Part shown: positions 48,970 through 58,682 of the stretch, piece by piece
Layout of the letters: each line of letters opens with the position of its first letter
How positions within the stretch are numbered: position 1 is the first letter of the stretch
Source of the DNA: Sediminimonas sp.
GTDB taxonomy: Bacteria > Pseudomonadota > Alphaproteobacteria > Rhodobacterales > Rhodobacteraceae
DNA length: 64,000 bases
NCBI RefSeq assembly: GCF_024637375.1
Contig: NZ_JAGXFK010000042.1
Location: forward strand, 16,169 to 80,168
Direction of reading: 5' to 3'
Translations under genes and position numbers: made by a program
Notes under the pieces: model-generated
Told to the model about the DNA's origin: nothing
The model's input: only the letters and a program-made list of their open reading frames with translations
Database searches by the model: none

Positions 48970-50547
48970 ATGGCAAAAATCGCTTTCATCCTGCTGTGCC
49001 ACAAGGACCCCGAGGCCATCATTCGTCAGGCTCAGCAGTTGACCGCCATGGGCGACTGCATGGCGATCCACTTCGACGCCCGCTCCGACCCGCAGGATTT
49101 CCAGCGCATCCGCTCGGCGCTGGCCGACAACCCCAATATCACCATCGTTCGCAAGCGGGTCAAATGCGGCTGGGGCGAATGGTCACTGGTGCAGGCCACG
49201 CTCAACGCTGTCGAAGCGGCCGAGGCCGCCTTCCCCCGCGCCACGCATTTCTACATGCTGTCGGGCGATTGCATGGCCATCAAGTCGGCCGAATATGCGC
49301 ATGATTTCCTCGATGCGACCGACGCGGATTACATCGAGAGCTTCGACTTCTTCAAGAGCGACTGGATCAAGACCGGCATCAAGCAAGACCGGCTGATCTA
49401 CCGGCACTTTTTCAACGAGCGCAAACGCAAGTGGCTGTTCTATGCCTCGCTGAGCCTGCAGCGAAAACTGCGGCTGGCGCGCAGGATTCCCGAAGATATC
49501 GACATCCAGATCGGTAGCCAGTGGTGGTGCCTGCGCCGCCGCACGATCGAGCAGATCCTCGATTTCACCCGCTCGCGCCGCGATGTCATGCGGTTCTTCC
49601 GCACCACCTGGATCCCGGACGAGACGTTCTTCCAGACCCTCGTGCGCCACCTGATCCCGGCCCCGGAAATTCGCACCCGGACGCTGACCTTCCTGATGTT
49701 CTCGGATTACGGGATGCCAGTGACGTTCTACAACGACCATTACGACCTGCTGCTGGCACAGGATTACCTGTTCGCGCGCAAGATCAGCCCCGAGGCGATC
49801 GAGTTGAAATCACGGCTGGGGGTTCTCTACGCGGCGCGCGGGATGGAATTCCAGATTTCGAACGAGGGGCGCAGTCTCTACAAGTTTCTCACCGGTCGCG
49901 GCCGGATCGGGCGCCGCTTCGCGCCGCGGTTCTGGGAAACCGAAAGCACGCTGGGGCGCGAGCGCGAACTGATGATCATCGTGTGCAAGAAATGGCACGT
50001 CGCCAAACGCCTGGTCGGGCGCATCCGCGACATGACCGACATCCCCTCGATCGAATACCTGTTCAACGAGGTCGATACCGACTTGCCCGACCTGGGCGGC
50101 ATACAAGTCACGCTGGGCAAGCGGACGCGGCACCGGCGCTCGCTCATGCGAATGCTGTTCGACTATCACGACACCAACCGCCTGATCATCTGCATCGACC
50201 CGTCCAACCTGGACCTTCTGAACGATTTCGGTGGCGACCGCTCGACCACCCGGATCCTCGACGTCGAATGCCGGTTTACCGACGACTACCTGCTGGGTCA
50301 TGCCCGCCGCATCGGGCTGGCCGGGGCACAGACGCCGCAGCAAACGCTGGAGCGGATACTTCCCACGATCAGGCAGGACATCGTGCACGAAGGCGAAACG
50401 ATCCGCGATGCCGGTTTCGGGAGTTACACGCGCATCCGCGAGATCGACTCGAGTGCCGAAAACGCCCGCAACCTGGCGCGGTTCCTTGCCGTTTCAGAGC
50501 AAAAAGCGCATGAGATACTTGATGTCCAATACCTGTTTGACGACTGA
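48970..50547 (+). CDS. GT14 core-2/I-branching-type glycosyltransferase with C-terminal extension
   Basis: IAFILLCHK, IHFD, WGEWSLV, LSGDC, GSQWW, PDETFFQT, FARK. Confidence 0.8.
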   Translation: MAKIAFILLCHKDPEAIIRQAQQLTAMGDCMAIHFDARSDPQDFQRIRSALADNPNITIVRKRVKCGWGEWSLVQATLNAVEAAEAAFPRATHFYMLSGDCMAIKSAEYAHDFLDATDADYIESFDFFKSDWIKTGIKQDRLIYRHFFNERKRKWLFYASLSLQRKLRLARRIPEDIDIQIGSQWWCLRRRTIEQILDFTRSRRDVMRFFRTTWIPDETFFQTLVRHLIPAPEIRTRTLTFLMFSDYGMPVTFYNDHYDLLLAQDYLFARKISPEAIELKSRLGVLYAARGMEFQISNEGRSLYKFLTGRGRIGRRFAPRFWETESTLGRERELMIIVCKKWHVAKRLVGRIRDMTDIPSIEYLFNEVDTDLPDLGGIQVTLGKRTRHRRSLMRMLFDYHDTNRLIICIDPSNLDLLNDFGGDRSTTRILDVECRFTDDYLLGHARRIGLAGAQTPQQTLERILPTIRQDIVHEGETIRDAGFGSYTRIREIDSSAENARNLARFLAVSEQKAHEILDVQYLFDD

Positions 50548-50555
50548 GGTGCCCG

Positions 50556-50939
50556 ATGAGCCAAGCCTATGACGACCAGAACGTATTCGCCAAGATCCTG
50601 CGCGGCGAGATTCCCTGCAACAAGGTGCTGGAAACCGAGCACAGCTTCGCGTTCCACGACATCTCGCAGCAGGCACCGGTGCATGTGCTGGTGATCCCCA
50701 AGGGCGCCTATGTCAGCTACGACGATTTCGCGCTCAACGCTTCCGAGGGCGAGATCGTCGATTTCACCCGCGCCATCGGCGCGGTGTGCCGTGAGATGGG
50801 CGTCGCGCCCGGCAACGGCGGCGGCGGCTTTCGCATGATCTCGAACGCGGGTGAGGCCGGCGTGCAGGAAGTGCCGCACCTGCATGTGCATATCACCGGC
50901 GGACGCCGCCTTGGCCGGATGTTGCCCAAGGCCGACTGA
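50556..50939 (+). CDS. HIT family nucleotide-binding protein
   Basis: FAKILRGEIP, QEVPHLHVH triad. Confidence 0.93.
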   Translation: MSQAYDDQNVFAKILRGEIPCNKVLETEHSFAFHDISQQAPVHVLVIPKGAYVSYDDFALNASEGEIVDFTRAIGAVCREMGVAPGNGGGGFRMISNAGEAGVQEVPHLHVHITGGRRLGRMLPKAD

Positions 50940-50945
50940 CGCCCC

Positions 50946-51737
50946 CTACCCCGTCAACCGCGCTACCATGTCGCTTTCGGGCGCGGCCAGCGCGTCGATC
51001 ACGTCGAAATGGTGGCGCTTTGGCACCACGACGCGCGGCACGGTCCATGCCTCGGCCAGCCACCTGGCCTGGTCGAGAAAGGCGGGCCGCTCGTCGCCGC
51101 CCACCCAGACGCTGATCGGCACGCCCGGCGCGGGCTGCATCAGCACCGGGCTTTCGACCTCGGCGGCAGCCTGGTCGAGCCGCAACTGCGCGTTCATCGA
51201 GGTCTTCAGCAACGGGCGCAGGTCGGCCACCGGCGAGATCGGCATGACGTGGGAAAGCCGCGCCGCAACCCTTTCGGGCAGCACGCTGGGGACCGCCATG
51301 CGCGCCACCAGGTGCCCGCCCGCGGAATGCCCCGACAGGGCAATCGGCCCGGCCACCATGCCTGCTACCGCCGCGACCGCGCGCGCGATCTGCCGCGTGA
51401 TGTCGGCGATCGCCACGTCCGGGCACAAATCGTAAGAGGGCATCGCCACCGCCCAGCCCCGGTTCAGCGCCCCGCCGCCCAAGTGCGACCAGGTGGACTT
51501 GTCGAAGCGCAACCAGTAGCCGCCATGCACGAACACCATCAGCCCGCGTGGCGCGGCCCCGGGCAGAAACAGGTCAAGCCGCTGGCGCGGGCTGTCTCCG
51601 TAGACGATATCGAGATCGGCAAGCCCCTGTTCCAGCAGCCCCTCGCGAAAGGCGGCGGCGTCGCGCGCCCACCGCGGCGGATAGTCCTCGGCACCCGCGA
51701 TATGGGCGGCGTTGGCATAGGCGTCGTCCAGTTCCAC
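50946..51737 (-). CDS. Alpha/beta hydrolase (arylformamidase/esterase-like)
   Basis: HGGYW, GHSAGG, HHF. Confidence 0.85.
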   Translation of the reverse strand: MELDDAYANAAHIAGAEDYPPRWARDAAAFREGLLEQGLADLDIVYGDSPRQRLDLFLPGAAPRGLMVFVHGGYWLRFDKSTWSHLGGGALNRGWAVAMPSYDLCPDVAIADITRQIARAVAAVAGMVAGPIALSGHSAGGHLVARMAVPSVLPERVAARLSHVMPISPVADLRPLLKTSMNAQLRLDQAAAEVESPVLMQPAPGVPISVWVGGDERPAFLDQARWLAEAWTVPRVVVPKRHHFDVIDALAAPESDMVARLTG

Positions 51738-51832
51738 GGCGCGATCTCCTTCATCTGGTCCTAGACAATGGTAACGCCAGATGCTTTGCCTTTACGAGAC
51801 CAAATTGAACGCTATCCAACGGAGCCCCGCAG

Positions 51833-53311
51833 ATGACCCAATCCAGGACCGAGCTGAAATCGCTGCTCAACGACCCCGAGCTGCTGGCCGAGCGCGCCTA
51901 CCTTGCCGGCGACTGGAGCGATGGCGAAGGCGGCGCGACATTCGAGGTTACCAACCCCGCGCGCGGCGACGTGATCGCCAATGTCGCCGACCTGTCGCGC
52001 GACCAGGTCGCGCAGGCCATCGCCAGCGCCGAGGCCGCGCAAAAGGAATGGGCGAAATATACCGGCAAGGAACGCAGCATCATCCTGCGCCGCTGGTTCG
52101 ACCTGATGATGGAGCACCAGGACGACCTGGCCACCATCCTGACCGCCGAACAGGGCAAACCCCACGCCGAGGCCAAGGGCGAGATCGCCTACGGCGCCTC
52201 GTTCATCGAATTCTTTGCCGAGGAGGCCAAGCGCATCTACGGCGAAACCATCCCCGGCCACCAGCGCGACAAGCGCATCACCGTGATCAAGCAACCCATC
52301 GGGGTGGCCGCCTCGATCACGCCGTGGAACTTTCCCAACGCGATGATCACCCGCAAGGCCGGCCCGGCGCTGGCGGCGGGCTGCGCCTTTGTCGGGCGGC
52401 CCGCGGCGGAAACGCCGCTGTCGGCCACGGTGCTGGGCGTTCTGGCCGAACGCGCGGGCATTCCTAAGGGCGTGTTCAGCGTCGTCACCTCGTCGCGCGC
52501 CTCCGACATCGGCAAGGAATTCTGCGAAAACCCGGCGGTGCGCAAGCTCACCTTCACCGGCTCCACCGAGGTGGGGCGCATCCTGCTGCGCCAGGCCGCC
52601 GACCAGGTGATGAAATGCTCGATGGAACTGGGCGGCAACGCGCCCTTCATCGTCTTCGACGACGCCGACCTGGATGCCGCCGTCGAAGGCGCGATCATGT
52701 GCAAGTTCCGCAACAACGGCCAGACCTGCGTCTGCGCCAACCGCATCTACGTGCAGGACGGCGTCTATGACGAGTTCGCCCGGAAGCTGGCAAAACGGGT
52801 GTCCGAGATGAAGGTCGGTGACGGGCTGGAAGAAGGCACCGAGCTGGGGCCGCTGATCAATTCCGACGCCATCGTCAAGGTTCAGGACCATATCGCCGAC
52901 GCCAAGGCCAGGGGCGCCGAAGTGATCCTGGGCGGCGAGGCCGACCAGATGCAGGGAAACTTCTTTGCCCCCACGATCATGACCGGCGCCACGCGCGACA
53001 TGGCCTTCGCCAGCGAGGAAACCTTCGGCCCGCTGGCACCACTGTTTCGGTTCCACGACGAGGACGACGTGATCGAGATGGCCAACGACACGATCTTCGG
53101 GCTGGCCAGCTATTTCTACGCCAAGGATTTGAGCCGCGTCACCAAGGTGGCCGAGGCGCTGGAATACGGCATCGTGGGCGTGAACACCGGCATCATCTCG
53201 ACCGAGGTGGCGCCCTTCGGCGGGGTCAAGCAATCGGGGCTGGGCCGCGAAGGCAGCCATCACGGCATCGACGAGTTCCTGGAGATGAAATACATCTGCA
53301 CCGCTGTCTGA
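51833..53311 (+). CDS. gabD: Succinate-semialdehyde dehydrogenase
   Basis: ITPWNFP, FTGSTEVG, ELGGNAP, GQTCVC, GREGS. Confidence 0.92.
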   Translation: MTQSRTELKSLLNDPELLAERAYLAGDWSDGEGGATFEVTNPARGDVIANVADLSRDQVAQAIASAEAAQKEWAKYTGKERSIILRRWFDLMMEHQDDLATILTAEQGKPHAEAKGEIAYGASFIEFFAEEAKRIYGETIPGHQRDKRITVIKQPIGVAASITPWNFPNAMITRKAGPALAAGCAFVGRPAAETPLSATVLGVLAERAGIPKGVFSVVTSSRASDIGKEFCENPAVRKLTFTGSTEVGRILLRQAADQVMKCSMELGGNAPFIVFDDADLDAAVEGAIMCKFRNNGQTCVCANRIYVQDGVYDEFARKLAKRVSEMKVGDGLEEGTELGPLINSDAIVKVQDHIADAKARGAEVILGGEADQMQGNFFAPTIMTGATRDMAFASEETFGPLAPLFRFHDEDDVIEMANDTIFGLASYFYAKDLSRVTKVAEALEYGIVGVNTGIISTEVAPFGGVKQSGLGREGSHHGIDEFLEMKYICTAV

Positions 53312-53440
53312 CCGGCCCGGCGGCGCGGTGAGCAGCGGCGCCCCGGCGCCGATTCCGCCGCGCCGCCGCGTGGCACATTGCCATGGGGCGGGGTGATGGG
53401 ATAAGGCGACGGCAACCCAATCCGGGCCCGGAGCCGCACC

Positions 53441-54133
53441 ATGAGGATGACCGACACCTTCATCGAACCGATGCACCCCGAGGGCCGCCGCTTCGTGGGC
53501 GTCTTCGCCGTGGCGACGCTGGTGTTGTTCCTGATTTGGGCGCCGCTCGGCTGGCTGGGGCTGGGGGCGACGGTCTGGTGCTACTACTTCTTCCGCGACC
53601 CTGTACGCGCGACGCCGGTGCGCGACGGGCTGGTCGTCAGCCCCGCCGATGGCATCGTGTCGCTGATCGAACCGGCCGTGCCGCCCGCCGAACTGGGCCT
53701 CGGCCCCGAGGCCCTGACCCGCGTCAGCGTGTTCATGAGCGTGTTCAACTGCCACGTCAACCGCGCCCCCGTGGAAGGAACGGTAACCGCCGTCGCTTAC
53801 CGGCCGGGCAGGTTTTTTAACGCCTCGCTGGACAAGGCCAGTACCGACAACGAGCGTAACAGCCTTGCCATCCGCCTGCCCGACGGCCGCCAGATCGCCG
53901 TGGTGCAGATCGCCGGCCTGGTGGCGCGGCGCATCGTCTGCTGGGTGGACAAGGGCGCCTACCTGCGCACCGGCGAACGGTTCGGGCTGATCCGCTTCGG
54001 CTCGCGGCTCGATGTCTATCTGCCAGAGGGCGTGGCGCCGCTGGTCGCCGTGGGGCAGACGATGGTTGCCGGGGAAACCGTGCTGGCCGACCTGGCGGGC
54101 GACGAGCCCCCGCGCCGCGCGCGAGTGGAGTAA
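53441..54133 (+). CDS. psd: Phosphatidylserine decarboxylase proenzyme
   Basis: FFRDP, SPADG, HVNRAP, QIAG, RFGSR cleavage motif. Confidence 0.93.
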   Translation: MRMTDTFIEPMHPEGRRFVGVFAVATLVLFLIWAPLGWLGLGATVWCYYFFRDPVRATPVRDGLVVSPADGIVSLIEPAVPPAELGLGPEALTRVSVFMSVFNCHVNRAPVEGTVTAVAYRPGRFFNASLDKASTDNERNSLAIRLPDGRQIAVVQIAGLVARRIVCWVDKGAYLRTGERFGLIRFGSRLDVYLPEGVAPLVAVGQTMVAGETVLADLAGDEPPRRARVE

Positions 54134-54136
54134 CCC

Positions 54137-54886
54137 ATGACCGCCCATCGCCCCGCCAAACCCGAACTTCGCATCGCTCAGCTTGTCCCCAACATGATGA
54201 CGGTGGCGGCGATCTGCGCCGGGCTGACCGCGATCCGCTTCGCGGCGCAGGGCAATTTCAAGCTGGCGGTGCAGTTGATTCTGCTGGCCGCCATCCTCGA
54301 CGGTCTCGACGGTCGCGTGGCGCGCCTTCTCAAAAGCGAAAGCCCGATGGGGGCCGAACTGGACTCGCTGGCCGATTTCCTCAATTTCGGTGTCGCGACC
54401 GGGCTGCTGGTGCATTTCTGGGCCTTCTCCGAGGCACAGAACCTGGGCTGGATCGCCGTGGTCGTTTTCGCGCTGTGCTGCGTTCTGCGGTTGGCGCGGT
54501 TCAACGTCGCCAACAAGGCCGAGGCGCCGACACTGCCACATTTCACCGGTGTGCCAGCCCCGGCGGGGGCGTTTCTGGCGCTTCTGCCAGTGTTCGGCTC
54601 GCTGGGGTTGGCAGGCGGCGCGCCGCTGCCCGCGACACTGGTGGGCGGCTGGATGATCGCGGTGGGGTTCCTGATGGTCAGCCGCATTCCCACGCTGTCG
54701 CCCAAGTCGCTGAAAATCAGGCGCGGGCAGGTGCGCTATGCCTACCTGGGCTTCATCTGTTTCCTGGGGGCGCTGATCAGCTTTCCCTGGATCACCCTGA
54801 TGACGGCGGGCGTGGCCTACATCATCTCGGTGTTATGGACGGCGCGCAAAATGCAGCCATCGGACGAAAACGAACAGGACATCTGA
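54137..54886 (+). CDS. pssA: CDP-diacylglycerol-serine O-phosphatidyltransferase
   Basis: DGLDGRVAR...GAELDSLAD motif, LRLARFN, FTGVPAP. Confidence 0.9.
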   Translation: MTAHRPAKPELRIAQLVPNMMTVAAICAGLTAIRFAAQGNFKLAVQLILLAAILDGLDGRVARLLKSESPMGAELDSLADFLNFGVATGLLVHFWAFSEAQNLGWIAVVVFALCCVLRLARFNVANKAEAPTLPHFTGVPAPAGAFLALLPVFGSLGLAGGAPLPATLVGGWMIAVGFLMVSRIPTLSPKSLKIRRGQVRYAYLGFICFLGALISFPWITLMTAGVAYIISVLWTARKMQPSDENEQDI

Positions 54887-54887
54887 C

Positions 54888-55511
54888 ATGGACTTGAACG
54901 CCGTCAAATCATCTTATGCACGCTGGGCGCCGGTCTATGACAAGACCTTCGGTGCCATCACCGAGGCCGGCCGCCGCCGTGCGGTGGCCCATATCAACAA
55001 GCGCGGCGGCAAGGTGCTGGAGGTCGGCATCGGCACCGGCCTGTCGTTGGAACAATACGATCCGGGCATCGAGGTCACGGGCATAGATTTCAGCGACGAG
55101 ATGCTCGCCAAGGCGCGCCGCCGGGTCGAACGCGGCAACCTGGCCAACGTCGTCGACCTGCGCCAGATGGACGCGCGCGAGTTGGACTTCCCCGATGCCA
55201 GCTTCGACACCGTCGCCGCGATGCATATCGTTTCGGTGGTGCCCGAGCCCGAACGGGTCATGGCCGAGATGGCCCGCGTGTGCAAACCCGGCGGCCAGAT
55301 CGTGATCACCAACCATTTCGCACGCGAACGCGGCGTGATGGCGGGGATCGAACGCCTGATGGCCCCGTTCGAGAAAACGCTGGGCTGGCATTCGGATTTT
55401 CCCCTCGCCCGCGTGACCGGCGAGCCGAACCTGCACATCGTCAGCCGCAAGCCGCTGCCGCCGCTGGGGATGATGACCTTCCTGGTGATGGAAAAGGACG
55501 CGGCGGCCTGA
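54888..55511 (+). CDS. pmtA: Phospholipid N-methyltransferase (Rhodobacter-type)
   Basis: YARWAPVYDKTFG, VLEVGIGTG, LGWHSDF. Confidence 0.85.
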   Translation: MDLNAVKSSYARWAPVYDKTFGAITEAGRRRAVAHINKRGGKVLEVGIGTGLSLEQYDPGIEVTGIDFSDEMLAKARRRVERGNLANVVDLRQMDARELDFPDASFDTVAAMHIVSVVPEPERVMAEMARVCKPGGQIVITNHFARERGVMAGIERLMAPFEKTLGWHSDFPLARVTGEPNLHIVSRKPLPPLGMMTFLVMEKDAAA

Positions 55512-55527
55512 ACGCGGCGGTCCCGGC

Positions 55528-56715
55528 TCAACCCGCCCCGCGCAGCCGCGCCTGGTAGTCGTGCGCGCGCCAGTCGGCGCGGGCCTGCCACTGCTCCCAG
55601 GGCTGGCGCCGCGCCAGGTCGGCGCTGATTTCGACCTCGTCGAAACCCGTGCGCCGGGCCATCGCGTATTGGTCGGCAATCACATGCCCGGCGGCTCGCA
55701 GACGCCCCCCGTAGCCCATCATGCGCAACCGCCGCGCCAGCGTGAACCCGCGACCATCCGAAAACGCCGGAAACGCGATGCGGATGATCTCGACCCCGTC
55801 GAGACGCCCCGCAAGCGCGGTCACATCGGCCTCCGGCCCCAGGTCCAGCGCCGTTGCGCCGGGGGTGTCGGCAGGCTGGAACGCGCCGGACAGGTCGTCG
55901 GCGGCGAAACCGGTATCGGTGACGATCACGTTCATCTGATGCTCCTCGTTGCGGTCGGTCGCAGAAGGCGTTGGCGGCAACGGCCCGCGCACCATTTTGC
56001 CATCGACGAAATGGATGCCGCATTCGTCCTTGTCCTGGCCGCGCCAACGCCCCGCGCGCGGGTCTTCGCCCGGGGCGACGCGGCTGGTACACGGCGCACA
56101 TCCGATCGACGGATAGCCCCGCGCCACCAGCGGGTGCCGGGGCAGGCGGTTGTTGACCATATATTCCTGCACATCATCGGGGCGCCAATGCGCCAGCGGG
56201 TTGACCTTGATGCGTTGGTCGCCCTCGTTCTCGAAGAAATCCAGGCGCGAGCGGGTCTGCCCTTGGAACCGCTTGCGCCCGGTGATCCAGGCGTCGAACG
56301 GCGCCAGCGCGCGTTCCAGCGGCTCGGTCTTGCGCAGCGCGCAGCAGGCGTCGGTGTCGGTCTTGTGCAGCAACCTGTCAGGGTCGTGCGCGGCCAGCGC
56401 CTCGGGCCGGGCGCGGATCGTGCGCACATCGCTCAGGCCCAGAGACGCGGCCACCTCGGTCTGGTAGGCCAGCGTTTCGGCAAACAGCATCTGCGTGTCG
56501 ATGAACAGCACCGGCGTGGCGCGGTCGATGACCGATATCATGTGCAGCAGCACCACCGATTCCGCCCCGAAGGACGACACCAGCGCGACGCGCCCCACCT
56601 CCGGGTCGCTGATCGCGCGACGCAGCACCGCGATGGCGGCGTGATTGCGATAGCGCGCGTTCAGCGCCGCGACGCGCGCCGCGACCGGCCCTGCAGTGGG
56701 GGTTTCATGCCGCAT
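55528..56715 (-). CDS. cysH: APS/PAPS reductase fused in frame to DUF934
   Basis: SSFGAES, DACC, GCAPC, ECGIH, then no stop before MNVIVTD...FSDGRGF...LRAAGHVIADQY...GFDEV. Confidence 0.85.
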   Translation of the reverse strand: MRHETPTAGPVAARVAALNARYRNHAAIAVLRRAISDPEVGRVALVSSFGAESVVLLHMISVIDRATPVLFIDTQMLFAETLAYQTEVAASLGLSDVRTIRARPEALAAHDPDRLLHKTDTDACCALRKTEPLERALAPFDAWITGRKRFQGQTRSRLDFFENEGDQRIKVNPLAHWRPDDVQEYMVNNRLPRHPLVARGYPSIGCAPCTSRVAPGEDPRAGRWRGQDKDECGIHFVDGKMVRGPLPPTPSATDRNEEHQMNVIVTDTGFAADDLSGAFQPADTPGATALDLGPEADVTALAGRLDGVEIIRIAFPAFSDGRGFTLARRLRMMGYGGRLRAAGHVIADQYAMARRTGFDEVEISADLARRQPWEQWQARADWRAHDYQARLRGAG

Positions 56716-58381
56716 CGCGCCGCCCCCTTGCCTGCTCGGGGTAAAGCGCATCCTTGAACGGCGCCTCGCCCAGCCGCCGGAACGCTTGCAGGAACGTCTC
56801 GTCCGGGCTGTCGCGCAGATCGAGATAGGACAGCACCAGCCGCTCTACCGCCGGCACGATCTCGTCGGCGGAAAAGCCCGGCCCGGCGCGCTTGCCGATG
56901 ACCGTATCCTCGGTGCCGTCGCCGCCCAGCGTGATCTGGTAGTTTTCCACGCCCGCGCGGTCGAGGCCCAGTATGCCGATATGGCCCACATGGTGGTGCC
57001 CGCAGGCGTTGATGCAGCCTGATATCTTGATCTTGAGCGACCCGATTTCGTGTTCCAGCTTGAGCGCGTCGAAGCGCGTGGCGATCTGTTGCGCGACAGG
57101 GATCGACCGCGCCGTCGCCAGCGAGCAGTAATCCATACCCGGGCAGGCGATGATATCCGACACCAGCCCGACGTTGGCGGTGGCCAGCCCGGCCGCCTTC
57201 AGCGCGTCATGCACAGCCGGCAGATCGGCACGGTGCACATGCGGCACGATAACGTTCTGCTCGTGGCTGATGCGCAGTTCGTCATGGCCATACCGTTGGG
57301 CCAGATCGGCCATCACGCGCATCTGGTCGGCGGTCGCATCGCCCGGCGTGGCGCCGTGCGGCTTGAGCGATATGGTTACGATGGCATGATCGGGGTCGGC
57401 ATGCGCGGCCAGGTTGGTATCGGCCCAAGCGCGAAATACCGGGTCGGCGCGGCGTGCCTTCCAATAGGGCGCACAATCCGTCCGGGCCAGTTCGGGGCGC
57501 GCGAACTGTGCCTTGATGTTCTCCAGCAGGTCGTGATCATCGCCGCTGAACTGGGCACGCCGCTCGGCGAACGCCTCGTCCACAAGTGCGCGGATGGTGG
57601 CGATGCCGTGTTCATGCACGGCAATCTTGAGGCGCGCCTTGTACTTGTTGTCCCGTCGTCCCAACAGGTTGTAGACGCTCAGGATCGCCTCGACATAGGG
57701 CAGCAGGTCACGCTCGGGAATGAACGCGGCCAGTTCCTGCGCAACCATCGGCGTGCGGCCCAGGCCGCCGCCCACATAGACGCGAAAGCCTAGCGCGCCG
57801 GCATCGTCGCGGCGCAGTTCCAGCCCGATATCGTGCGAGCGGATCACCGCGCGGTCATTCGGTGCGCCGGTCACCCCGATCTTGAACTTGCGCGGCAGGA
57901 ACTGGAACTCCGGGTGGTCGGTGGACCACTGCCGCAGCAGTTCGGCATAGGGGCGCGGGTCGGCCACCTCGTCGGCGCTCGCGCCGGCGAAATGGTCGGC
58001 GGTGACGTTGCGCACGGTGTTGCCGCTGGTCTGGATGGCATGCATCCCCACATCGGCCAGCGCCTCAAGGATATCGGGCACGTCACGCAGCGTCGGCCAG
58101 TTGAACTGGATGTTCTGGCGGGTGGTGAAATGGCCATAGCCCTTGTCCCACCGCTCGGCGATCATCGCCAGTTGCCGCATCTGGCGGCTGCTCAGCGTGC
58201 CATAAGGGATCGCCACGCGCAGCATGTAGGCGTGCAGTTGCAGGTAGAGCCCGTTCATCAGGCGCAGCGGGCGGAACTCCTCTTCGCTCAAGGATCCGTC
58301 GAGCCGCCGCTCGACCTGGGCGCGGAACTGAGCCACGCGCTCGCGCACATAGGCGCGGTCGAAATCGGTATAGCTATACAT
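56705..58381 (-). CDS. cysI: Sulfite/nitrite reductase hemoprotein
   Basis: TTRQN, LPRKFK, CPGMDYC, SGCINACG. Confidence 0.9.
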   Translation of the reverse strand: MYSYTDFDRAYVRERVAQFRAQVERRLDGSLSEEEFRPLRLMNGLYLQLHAYMLRVAIPYGTLSSRQMRQLAMIAERWDKGYGHFTTRQNIQFNWPTLRDVPDILEALADVGMHAIQTSGNTVRNVTADHFAGASADEVADPRPYAELLRQWSTDHPEFQFLPRKFKIGVTGAPNDRAVIRSHDIGLELRRDDAGALGFRVYVGGGLGRTPMVAQELAAFIPERDLLPYVEAILSVYNLLGRRDNKYKARLKIAVHEHGIATIRALVDEAFAERRAQFSGDDHDLLENIKAQFARPELARTDCAPYWKARRADPVFRAWADTNLAAHADPDHAIVTISLKPHGATPGDATADQMRVMADLAQRYGHDELRISHEQNVIVPHVHRADLPAVHDALKAAGLATANVGLVSDIIACPGMDYCSLATARSIPVAQQIATRFDALKLEHEIGSLKIKISGCINACGHHHVGHIGILGLDRAGVENYQITLGGDGTEDTVIGKRAGPGFSADEIVPAVERLVLSYLDLRDSPDETFLQAFRRLGEAPFKDALYPEQARGRRDAA

Positions 58382-58682
58382 CCGAAAGCTCCGTCTGCTT
58401 GCCATGCGGGTAGTTCGACGGCCCGCGGGCGCGGAACGCCTCGCGAAAATGCGCCGGTTCCGGCCCGTTCGGGCCGGGGCGCACCTCGGCCAGGTAGGCG
58501 CCGACCACCGCGTGCGCCTGGCGCTCGGCGTCCAGAAGGCGCAGTTGCGCGTGCGCCTCGTCCTCGATCACCTCGGCTTCGTGCAGGGCGCGCGACCAGC
58601 GGTCATCGGCAGTCAGGTAGATCACGTCGCCCTCGACCAGCGCGTTGGCGGTGACGACCTTTGGTGTGAACGGCTTGCTCAT
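58374..58682 (-). CDS. DUF2849 family protein
   Basis: VTANAL..GDVIYL, VVGAY, REAFRARGPS; usual position upstream of cysI. Confidence 0.85.
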   Translation of the reverse strand: MSKPFTPKVVTANALVEGDVIYLTADDRWSRALHEAEVIEDEAHAQLRLLDAERQAHAVVGAYLAEVRPGPNGPEPAHFREAFRARGPSNYPHGKQTELSDV

